From Chlamydiota bacterium (lineage in GTDB: Bacteria; Auribacterota; Tritonobacteria; UBA1439), in assembly GCA_037133055.1 (NCBI GenBank), contig JBAXOY010000018.1:1-36596 (forward strand): DNA of 36,596 nt, in the 5' to 3' direction. Shown here in pieces: positions 1 to 7,982 of the stretch (within the stretch, counting starts at the first letter, position 1; each line of letters opens with the position of its first letter). A program made the translations under genes and the position numbers. Below the pieces are notes generated by a model. The model was not told where the DNA came from, ran no database searches, and was given only the letters and a program-made list of their open reading frames with translations.

Positions 1-3000
1 CTTCGCCCCGTTCTGAACCGCGTATTGGACGCACAAGACCGCGTTGGACGTGACCCCGGAGCCGCCTGCGCTCAGGAACTTGAGCGCCATGATCTTCGTA
101 CGCCAGTTCACCCCCGCGACGCCCTTCCCGTTGTTCCCCACCGCGCCGATCGTCCCCGCGCAGTGTGTCCCGTGGCTGTGGTCGTCCATGGGGTCGTTGT
201 CGCCGTTGCAGAAATCCCACCCGTGGATATCATCGACATACCCGTTATGGTCGTCGTCGATCCCGTTCCCCGCAATCTCGCCCGGGTTCGTCCAGATGTT
301 CGCCGCGAGGTCCTCGTGGTTGTAATCCACCCCCGTGTCGATCACCGCCACCACCACGTTCCGGCCGCCCGTGTACACGCTCCACGCCTCGGGCCCGTCG
401 ATGTCCGCGTCGGGCGTCCCGCCGTTCTGGCCCGTATTGTGCATCCCCCAGAGCTCCCCGAATCGCGGATCATTCGGCACGACCCCGCCGATCGCATACA
501 CGGTGTAGTTCGGCTCGGCGTATTCCACCGCCCCGCTCGCCTGGAGCGCCGTGATCGCCTCTTCCATGCCGAGCGATCCGCCTATCTTTACCCGGCAAAG
601 GCGCGGCACGAGGCTGTACTCCTGAACCACCTCGCCGCTCACCCGGCTCATGGCGCCCTGCCGCGCCGAAAGGGTCGCCTTCGGCTTGAACCTCACGAGC
701 AGCTCCCCCGCCGCATGGGGCTTCGAAAGATCGCGAGAGGCGGCGGGCACGGAAATCGCCGACGCGTGCGAACCTGGTCCCGAGGCGCCGGCGCCGTCCC
801 GCGGATTCGCGGGCGCGCTATCTGCCCCCCCCGGCTCCAGATCGGTATCGCGGGCGGCGATACGGTAGGTCAGTGTTCCCGTCCCCGCATTCCGTATAGT
901 GAGATCTCTATCGATCTGCGTTCCATAGAGGATCGAAACGCTGAGGCTCGCCGGCGTCACCTCGATATCCGGGTACGGCGTCGGCGTCGGCGTCACCGTC
1001 GGAGTCAGTGTCCCGGTGGGGGTATAGGTGGGAATTGACGGATCCCACGTCGGGGTTGCGGTGGACGTCGGGGTTGCGGTGGACGTCGGGACTGCGGTGG
1101 ACGTCGGGACTGCGGTGGACGTCGGGACTGCGGTGGGCGTCGGGCCGCGGTTCGCAAGGGCGTACACGATATTATCTGCCGAGCCGAAATACATGGTCCC
1201 GCCCTCGCCGATCGATGGTGATGAGCTCACGTTGCCCGCCGTCCTAAAGCTCCAGAGCAGAGCGCCATAGTCATGCAGTCCGTACACGCAGTTATCATCG
1301 GAGCTGAAGTATACCTTGCCATCCGCGCCTATCGCCGGAGAGGAATCCACCTCATCCCCGGCCATGTAGCTCCATGCCAGCGAGCCGCCGCTCTCAAGAG
1401 CATAGAAGGCGTTGTCGACCGAGCCGAAATATATGACTCCGTTGGGTCCAATGCCGGGGGAAGAACTGTAGGAAAGGGCTTCGTAGCTCCAGCGCAGGGA
1501 AGCGTTTGAATTCAGCGCGTAAAAGCCGCTATCGTGCGATGCCGTATACATCACGCCGTCAGATCCGATAGCGGCGGTAGAGTGATGGGAATAACCCGTG
1601 CGATAGCTCCAGACCAGTGCTCCATCGGGAGTAAGGGCGCAGTTTCGATATCCTGCGACGTATAATAGCCCGTCGCTTCCCATCGCCGGAGATGAATCGA
1701 GCCCCGGCACATCATAGCTCCATGTGAGCGCGCCGTTCGGAGTCAAAGAATAAAGAATTTCGGCGTCAGAACCGAGATATGCGGTTCCATCGCTCGTGAC
1801 CAAAGGTGAAGTTCGGCTTCTGCCCCAGACCAGGTATCTCCAGCGGAGCGTCCCGTCCGAACTAATACAGTACAGGTGCTGATCCCAGTAATCCGACCCG
1901 ATGTATACTTCGCCATCCCTTCCCAGGGCGGGAGATGCCAGCGTTATCGAATCTTCGGTTGCGAAACTCCAGCCGAGTTTCCCGATAGAGCTGAGTGAGT
2001 AGATGTTTCCATCAGCGGAACCTATATACACACCCCCGTCTCTTCCCACGGCCGCCGAGGAGTAATCGATATCGCTTCCCGTCCTGTAGCTCCACTCAAG
2101 CCCAATGTTCGACGGCCCGTCGTACCGGCTCATTCCTGTACGCCGCCCGTTGTGGCGAAACACCGGCCACGGGAGGGGAGTCGGGGTTGCACCGGTCGGC
2201 GTGACGGAGGGGGTCGGCGTATACGTCGGCGTGCGGGTTGGCGCTGTCGGAGTGGGCTGCGGAGTGCAGGGGTAGATCACATACAGTGTGCGATCTCCCT
2301 CCGAACCGACATGCACCGCGCCGTCGGAGCCGATTGAGATGGACGAATACCCCACGTCTCCCCCTATCCTGTACGACCATTTCAACGCCCCGTTCGAATT
2401 AAACGCGAAAAGAGCATTGTTTTCCGAACCGACATAGACGGCGCCATTGATGTCTATCGCGGGGGAAGAGTCCACGTTGCTCCCGGTCCTGTAACTCCAT
2501 AACAGCGCGCCGTCGGAGCGGGTCGCGTAGAGTCTTGACGAACCTATGAATATCGTTCCATCCGATCCTACCGCGGGTGAGGAGTAGGCTATGGAGACAT
2601 AATAGGACCAGGATAATGCGCCCTGTGGATCAAAGGCATAGAGAAAATTGTCTCCTGAATCGGCGTACACGGTCCCGTCATCCGCTATGGCGGGGGAGGA
2701 TTGAATATAGTTATAGCCGTTAAATCGAATGCCATAGCTCCAGCTCAAAGAGCCTTGCGGACTTATCGAATAGAGAGTGTTGTCACTGGCGTTGGAATAG
2801 ATGCTGCCGCCGGGGGAGATGGCGGGCGAGCACCAGATGCTGCCCCCCGCCCTGTAACTCCACACCAGCGCCCCACTTGAGTGAAGCGCGTAAATTGTCG
2901 GGCCCGCACCCACATAGATTTGCCCGCTGTCGCCTATTGCTGGAGACGACCGGTCCGAGTAAACGATTCTATAACTCCATCGCCGCGCGCCACTGGAATT

Positions 3001-3378
3001 CAGAGCGTAGAGGTACCCATCCTCCGAGGGCGCGTATACCTCGCCGCCGCTCCCCAAAGCAGGAGAGGAATCTACGGCATCCCCCGCTCTATAACTCCAG
3101 TTGACGGCGCCCGTAGAGTCGAGCCTGTACACTTTTCGTTCCATTCCTATATATATGCCGCCATCCGCACCCAAGGAAGGGGAGGAGTAGATCGGCCAAC
3201 CGGAGAAATAGCTCCACCTCAATCCGGCTCCATCGGTTCCCGCATAGCGGCTCTGGCCCGTGTGCCGGGCATCGTGGCGAAACATCGGCCACGCGGTATC
3301 GGCAGGCTGGGCATGAAGCAACGGGCTATTAAAGGAGAGAAAAGCGAGGAGGGGATACACATATGCGGCACTTTTCAT
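1..3378 (-). CDS. Exported multidomain protein: signal peptide, two PQQ-like beta-propellers, Pro/Thr linkers, Ig-like segment, propeptide, S8 subtilase (3' end outside window)
   Basis: Manual translation from ATG 3378 (RBS GGAAAGG): MKSAAYVYPLLAFLSFNSPLLHAQPADTAWPMFRHDARHTG; repeated WSY...SSPA.G.DG..Y.G blades; second WPVFRHNGRRTG near 2170; S8 motifs VAVIDTGVDYNHEDL and HSHGTHCAGTIGAVGNNGKGVAGVNW near the left edge, all in one frame. Absent from the ORF track, consistent with no stop in the window. Confidence 0.9.
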   Translation of the reverse strand, partial: MKSAAYVYPLLAFLSFNSPLLHAQPADTAWPMFRHDARHTGQSRYAGTDGAGLRWSYFSGWPIYSSPSLGADGGIYIGMERKVYRLDSTGAVNWSYRAGDAVDSSPALGSGGEVYAPSEDGYLYALNSSGARRWSYRIVYSDRSSPAIGDSGQIYVGAGPTIYALHSSGALVWSYRAGGSIWCSPAISPGGSIYSNASDNTLYSISPQGSLSWSYGIRFNGYNYIQSSPAIADDGTVYADSGDNFLYAFDPQGALSWSYYVSIAYSSPAVGSDGTIFIGSSRLYATRSDGALLWSYRTGSNVDSSPAIDINGAVYVGSENNALFAFNSNGALKWSYRIGGDVGYSSISIGSDGAVHVGSEGDRTLYVIYPCTPQPTPTAPTRTPTYTPTPSVTPTGATPTPLPWPVFRHNGRRTGMSRYDGPSNIGLEWSYRTGSDIDYSSAAVGRDGGVYIGSADGNIYSLSSIGKLGWSFATEDSITLASPALGRDGEVYIGSDYWDQHLYCISSDGTLRWRYLVWGRSRTSPLVTSDGTAYLGSDAEILYSLTPNGALTWSYDVPGLDSSPAMGSDGLLYVAGYRNCALTPDGALVWSYRTGYSHHSTAAIGSDGVMYTASHDSGFYALNSNASLRWSYEALSYSSSPGIGPNGVIYFGSVDNAFYALESGGSLAWSYMAGDEVDSSPAIGADGKVYFSSDDNCVYGLHDYGALLWSFRTAGNVSSSPSIGEGGTMYFGSADNIVYALANRGPTPTAVPTSTAVPTSTAVPTSTATPTSTATPTWDPSIPTYTPTGTLTPTVTPTPTPYPDIEVTPASLSVSILYGTQIDRDLTIRNAGTGTLTYRIAARDTDLEPGGADSAPANPRDGAGASGPGSHASAISVPAASRDLSKPHAAGELLVRFKPKATLSARQGAMSRVSGEVVQEYSLVPRLCRVKIGGSLGMEEAITALQASGAVEYAEPNYTVYAIGGVVPNDPRFGELWGMHNTGQNGGTPDADIDGPEAWSVYTGGRNVVVAVIDTGVDYNHEDLAANIWTNPGEIAGNGIDDDHNGYVDDIHGWDFCNGDNDPMDDHSHGTHCAGTIGAVGNNGKGVAGVNWRTKIMALKFLSAGGSGVTSNAVLCVQYAVQNGAK
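1049..1144 (-). repeat. 18-bp coding tandem repeat, 5 copies (PTSTAT/PTSTAV linker)
   Basis: Plus strand gtcggg(gt/ac)tgcggtgg(a/g)c repeated 5 times, in frame with the large CDS. Confidence 0.95.
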
Positions 3379-3442
3379 GAGAGGCGCCTTTCCTGATGAT
3401 TAAAAGAGCGACGGGCAACCGTCTTGGTTTGTTGGGCACTCA

Positions 3443-3556
3443 TTAATCATGAATAGAGCTACGCATCTTCTTCTGTATAAAGAGCCAGCGGAAACGGAGG
3501 GTATCGAGGATGTCCGGGTCATCGCCCATCGGGAGAATTGTGTTCCTCCCCGCCAT
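3443..3556 (-). pseudogene. Receiver-domain N-terminal remnant (37 aa)
   Basis: MAGRNTILPMGDDPDILDTLRFRW..., resembling ILxVDDxPDILxxLxxRL; AAGGA upstream; directly after cheC; no phospho-acceptor Asp region. Confidence 0.45.
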
Positions 3557-3584
3557 GATTCCTTCCCCGCACTGTCCCACCCGT

Positions 3585-4205
3585 CTAATGCGAAAAACCG
3601 AGCCCCTTCAATATCTTCGCCGCGCTGCCCACGTCGGGGAAGAGCAGGAAATGCCCGCGCACGCTGCTCGTCTCCTCTATGTACTCGGTCTCTATGCAGA
3701 AGGCGATGCGCGCCCGGCCGGTGAGATCCCGCAACGAGGCATCGAGGAGCGAACCCATCGCCCCGAACGAGAGCGCGGGCGCCGAGGGGATCAGGGAGAG
3801 CCCCAGGAACTCCCCGATGGAGTTGAGGTAGGAGGAGGCGAGTATGCTCCCCGCCTGACGGAGCGTCGAAATCTCCGCCTCTCCGAGATCCGCCCCCGCC
3901 GGGCACGATCCACCCTTTAACATCCGGGCAAAACAGATCGCCTCCTTGCGCCGCATGATGATGAGTATGATCCCTAACAGATCGCCGAGCATCTGCACAT
4001 GGAACAGCGCCACCTCCGCGCTATCCCCCCCGCCGATGCCGGCGATCTCCGCGACAGGGATGGTCCTGATACTGCTGACATTGATCAGTATCTTGCGCTT
4101 GATCAACTGCGAGAGCGCGGTGGCGGCGTGCGCTGCCCCTATGTTGCCGATCTCCTTCAGGGCGTCCAGTTCGGGATGGGTGAGTTTCCCGTAATCGATC
4201 TCCAT
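3585..4205 (-). CDS. cheC: CheY-P phosphatase CheC
   Basis: LDALKEIGNIGAAHAATALSQL carries the D-x3-E-x2-N motif; second site is degenerate (STLRQAGS); C-terminal GHFLLFPD. Confidence 0.92.
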   Translation of the reverse strand: MEIDYGKLTHPELDALKEIGNIGAAHAATALSQLIKRKILINVSSIRTIPVAEIAGIGGGDSAEVALFHVQMLGDLLGIILIIMRRKEAICFARMLKGGSCPAGADLGEAEISTLRQAGSILASSYLNSIGEFLGLSLIPSAPALSFGAMGSLLDASLRDLTGRARIAFCIETEYIEETSSVRGHFLLFPDVGSAAKILKGLGFSH

Positions 4206-4206
4206 G

Positions 4207-4383
4207 CTAATCCCCTCCCCGGCCCGGCGAGACCCCGAGCGCGCCCGGGATCGCAGCTATCCCGTCGGAGTCCGGGCCGATGACCCCGCAGCCGGAACCG
4301 GCATTGATGATGCCCCCGATCCCCTTCCGCATCAGCGCCGAATCATCCACGACCTGGACGCGAATTTTTTGACCACGGGCCAT
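4207..4383 (-). pseudogene. cheB: Truncated cheB receiver N-terminus (58 aa)
   Basis: GAGGAG RBS then MARGQKIRVQVVDDSALMRKGIGGIINAGSGCGVIGPDSDGIAAI..., matching the CheB start IRVLVVDDSALMR; stop TAG at 4207; lies between cheY and cheC. Confidence 0.65.
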
Positions 4384-4392
4384 CTCCTCGCG

Positions 4393-4755
4393 CTAACCGA
4401 TGATCCTATGTATTTCCGCAAGCACCTGCTCGGGCTTGAACGGCTTGATCACAAACCCCTTTGCGCCGGATTGGATCGCCTCGACGATGAGCGCCTGCTG
4501 CCCCATGGCGCTGACCATGAGCACCCTCGCCCCCGGATCGTGGGCAAGGATCTTCCGGACCGCGGCGATCCCCCCCTCGCCGAGAATGACGATGTCCATG
4601 GTGACCAGATCCGGTTTAAGGCTCGTGTATTTCCGCACCGCATCATCGCTGCCCTCCGCCTCTCCGGCCACCTCGTACCCCGCCCTGACCAGGATATCTT
4701 TCAATGTCATCTGCATGAACACGGAATCGTCGACAATGAGGACTTTTTTCGCCAT
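4393..4755 (-). CDS. cheY: Chemotaxis response regulator CheY (Bacillus/Thermotoga/archaeal type)
   Basis: VLIVDDSVFMQ, KPDLVTMDIV, MVSAMGQQALIVEAIQSGAKGFVIKPF. Confidence 0.92.
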   Translation of the reverse strand: MAKKVLIVDDSVFMQMTLKDILVRAGYEVAGEAEGSDDAVRKYTSLKPDLVTMDIVILGEGGIAAVRKILAHDPGARVLMVSAMGQQALIVEAIQSGAKGFVIKPFKPEQVLAEIHRIIG

Positions 4756-4838
4756 ATGCCCCCCTCACCCGCTCCCCGGGTTACGGATACACGATTGTGC
4801 CGCCCTTGGTCGTCTTTATCCTGATGCCCCCAAATGAC

Positions 4839-5080
4839 CCTCCGGTAGATTCTTTCAGGCACATCGAACGCCTCGAAACGGGCGCCCGCGAGAGAGATTT
4901 TACCTTACCGAGGACCAAAAGGCCACCACATATTCAACGCCATCGCGAAAGAGACCCGTGCGCCATCTCCTGCAACGGCGTGGTGAAATAGATGCACACG
5001 TTCCGGATGAGTATGAGATCCCTTATTTCTCCTGTCTTTCTCCCCCGCCGCGTCGGGCACGCAGCGCCGCCGGATCCACG
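4839..5080 (-). pseudogene. cheR: Frameshifted C-terminal remnant of chemotaxis methyltransferase CheR
   Basis: Colinear motifs in shifting frames: DLILIRNVCIYF (5020-4985), ALN, GGLLVLGKVKSL (4927-4892), FEAFDVPERIYRR (ends 4839); weaker VDPAALRARRG upstream. Confidence 0.7.
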
Positions 5081-5200
5081 GGGGGCCATCGCCGCGTTGC
5101 AGTGGAGCCGCCTCGCTTACAACGGCCACACGCCGAATCAAACTCTCGACCGAGTTGGTTCACCTACGGGGGGGATACGGTGCCTTGGAGGGAACAGCGA

Positions 5201-5710
5201 CTACTGCATCTTCTCGGGGGAACGCATCTCTTCCTCTATCTTTTCAAAATCGCCATGAAGTTTGAGAATATACTCCCGGCCGCCATGTTCGCCTATCACT
5301 TGATCTTTAAGTATCTTTTTGACGACTATTCCTTTGACGGTATCCCCGACATGAACCACTGAATCATTGACCACTGCCATGGGAACACTCTCGTCCCACA
5401 GAATGGCGCTCAATGTGTATCCCGAAGAGTCGAGCCCCTCCCCTCCCGTCTTCTTCTCAGTTGCAACATCTTTCAGAAGCGACAACTTCGGCTTCGGGAA
5501 CGGATCGCGTATTCCATCCGTCAAGAGTGACCGATCCAGGCGGCTGCGCGGCGGGAGCGGGGGACGCGCGGAGTGGCTGATCAAGAATAGGGGATACCGG
5601 GGTTCCCCACGCTCCCCCTGCCGCTCCCACAGCAATGAGATGATGATCAGAAATGCCGCCCCCGCCACTCCGAGAATGCTGTAGCGGACTGAGGGAAGGC
5701 GTATTTTCAT
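5201..5710 (-). CDS. PilP/GspC-like assembly protein
   Basis: Start MKIRLPSV overlaps the pilO stop (ATGA); N-terminal TM; RDPF motif; YTLSAILW...AVVNDSVVHVGDTV. Confidence 0.75.
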   Translation of the reverse strand: MKIRLPSVRYSILGVAGAAFLIIISLLWERQGERGEPRYPLFLISHSARPPLPPRSRLDRSLLTDGIRDPFPKPKLSLLKDVATEKKTGGEGLDSSGYTLSAILWDESVPMAVVNDSVVHVGDTVKGIVVKKILKDQVIGEHGGREYILKLHGDFEKIEEEMRSPEKMQ

Positions 5711-6273
5711 GACGGCTCCACCATATAAAATGTCGCGATCTCGATGCGTGCGCGCACCCCCTGCGCGCCCCCGTGGGGCTGCAGCTCGATCCTCTTGAGG
5801 GACATGAGCTCCTTTTGCTCCTGGATACGGGCGCAATACTTCACCAGCGCGACATAGGCCGCGTCGAGTTCGATGGAGATATCCACCTCATGATACCGGA
5901 GGGGGCCCTCGGCGCCGCGGTAGACTTCTTCCTTGGATTCGCCGGGCTGGATGCTCTCTATGTCAGCACCGCATTCGGCCGCGCACTGGGAAAGGTCCCT
6001 CACAATGGAGGGTATGTTGCTGGCGCGTGGGAGGCGTTCCGCGAGGATTTTCTCCTCCGCAAGGATCGCGGCCTCGTCACGGTTGAACCGTTCGCGTTCC
6101 CGCTCGACCGCATAGGCCGCCCCCGCCATGCTGCGCAGCCGGATTATCTCCTCGGCCACCGTGCCCACCCGCTCGTTCACGGGAATAAAAACAAAGCGAA
6201 AAAACGCCCACACCAGCGCCACGAGCGAACCGCCGATGATGATCATCCGCAACAGATTCGTGCGCATCTCCAT
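5707..6273 (-). CDS. pilO: Type IV pilus/T2SS inner-membrane protein PilO
   Basis: TM, coiled coil, LPRASNIPSIVRDL, YHEVDISIELDAAY; follows PilMN. Confidence 0.85.
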   Translation of the reverse strand: MEMRTNLLRMIIIGGSLVALVWAFFRFVFIPVNERVGTVAEEIIRLRSMAGAAYAVERERERFNRDEAAILAEEKILAERLPRASNIPSIVRDLSQCAAECGADIESIQPGESKEEVYRGAEGPLRYHEVDISIELDAAYVALVKYCARIQEQKELMSLKRIELQPHGGAQGVRARIEIATFYMVEPS

Positions 6274-7958
6274 TACTCCAGTGTCGTCGAGATGGTGAAG
6301 AGCAGGGAGGATTTGGGGCCGCCCGGCGGCTCCTTTGTCGAAATCAGCCGTGTGTTCATGAACCCCCTCGACTCGTCGAGGCTCATCATGAACCTGGCGA
6401 GCAGCGACTCCGCCTGGTCCACCCCCTCAACGAGCCCCGTGACCACCATCACCTTCCGTCGTCCCTCCGTGCGCGCATCGATCGAGAGGAGGGTGATCTC
6501 TGCGGGGACCACCCGGCTCACCTCAAAGAGGATATGCGCGCCGTCGATCCCGCCATTGTGAAGCTGCTCATAGAGCCCCCGCATATCGCTCGTGCGCTTG
6601 TGGCGCGCCTCGAGATCGGCGATCCTCCGCAGGGCGGGCTGGATCTGCGCGTAGCGGCGCGTGAGGAGGACAAGCCGCCGCTCGTACCATCGCACCCGGA
6701 GCGCCGTGATGCCGACAAGGGCGATGGCGACGGCTATCCCCAGAGGGCCCGCATATCCCCAGAAGGTCCGCGCGAGCCTTGTCCTGCGCCGCGCCCTGAT
6801 ACCGGGCGCAATGAGATTGATCCCTCCCTCCTCCCCGAGGGCCGCGCCCAAAGCCACCATGAGCCGGGGCATCTGGAGGGAGAGATCCCGCTCCGTGAGG
6901 CGGCCGGTATCGATCGCCATCGCCTCCGTCGCCGCATCCGCGTCGACAAAACCGATACTCTTGATGCCGGTCTCCCGTGACAGCTCCAGCGAGATATTCT
7001 TGAGAAGCGAGCCGCCCCCCGTGAGGATGAGCCTGCCGATGGTGACATTCTGGCGCTGCACGTAGTCGTACGAACGCTTGATCTCCCTGGAGAGCTTTTC
7101 AAGGATCGGCCGCATCGCCGCGGCGGCGAGGGCAAGGTTCATGTTGTCGACGGGGGTTTGGGTCTGCGCCTCCGTCGGAAAACCGTAGGCGCGCTTGACC
7201 TTCTCCGCCTGTCCGGAATCAAGCGTCATCTGCCCGGCATCAGAGGTGAGCGTGCCGGTGATCGAATTCGTCAGCTCGTTGCCGGCGACCGGGACCGAGC
7301 GGGCAAAGACGAGCCTGCCGTTGCTGATGACCGCCATGGTGGTGAGCTCAGCGCCGATGTCGGCGGCAAGGCAGGCCTCGGCCGGAAGGACCGACGGCAT
7401 GGCGCGCAACGAGTCCAGGAGGGCGAACGGCGCCACAGTGACGCCGACGATTCCGATCCCCGCCTCCCGGCACAGGGCGATCAGATCGTCGATCGTCTTC
7501 CGCTCGACCGCGACCGCCATCAATTCGAGTTTCGCGGCCCCCTTCTCCTTGAACTCCCCGAGCACCCGGTAATCGACGACCGCCGATTCGACGGGGAACG
7601 GGAGGGTTTCCCCGAACTCCCATCGCACCGACTCCGCGAGCTCGCGGCGCGGTATGTCGGTCGTCACCATCCTTCTCATGACCGCGCTCTGGGAGGAGAG
7701 GGCGGCGTAGACGCGCTCGGGCCTCGCGTTCTTCTCCTTGAGGATGCTGAGGATGGCGTGTACGACCTGGCTCCTCCATCGCTCCTCCCCTCCCTTCTTC
7801 CGGGAGGGGATGTCGGCGACCGCCGCCCAGTTGATGGTGACGGCGGCCCCCCGGCGGACCAGCTCGACCATCTTGACGCCGCTGGCGCCTATATCGAGGC
7901 CCACCACCGGCCTCGAGAAAAAGCGAAACCAGCCCGGTATCCGCATCCGTGCCGCCAT
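6273..7958 (-). CDS. pilM: PilM-PilN fusion protein
   Basis: VGLDIGASGVKMVEL, LAADIGAELT, LILTGGGSLL (actin-like PilM), then INLIAP, a TM helix and a PilN-like periplasmic domain. Confidence 0.88.
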   Translation of the reverse strand: MAARMRIPGWFRFFSRPVVGLDIGASGVKMVELVRRGAAVTINWAAVADIPSRKKGGEERWRSQVVHAILSILKEKNARPERVYAALSSQSAVMRRMVTTDIPRRELAESVRWEFGETLPFPVESAVVDYRVLGEFKEKGAAKLELMAVAVERKTIDDLIALCREAGIGIVGVTVAPFALLDSLRAMPSVLPAEACLAADIGAELTTMAVISNGRLVFARSVPVAGNELTNSITGTLTSDAGQMTLDSGQAEKVKRAYGFPTEAQTQTPVDNMNLALAAAAMRPILEKLSREIKRSYDYVQRQNVTIGRLILTGGGSLLKNISLELSRETGIKSIGFVDADAATEAMAIDTGRLTERDLSLQMPRLMVALGAALGEEGGINLIAPGIRARRRTRLARTFWGYAGPLGIAVAIALVGITALRVRWYERRLVLLTRRYAQIQPALRRIADLEARHKRTSDMRGLYEQLHNGGIDGAHILFEVSRVVPAEITLLSIDARTEGRRKVMVVTGLVEGVDQAESLLARFMMSLDESRGFMNTRLISTKEPPGGPKSSLLFTISTTLE

Positions 7959-7982
7959 GGCCTGTCCGTTCCTCTCATCCGC

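Noticed and set aside
4905..5141. 78-aa minus-strand ORF as a real gene
   Set aside because: It crosses the frameshifted cheR remnant, mostly out of frame with the recognisable motifs, and has no clear RBS.
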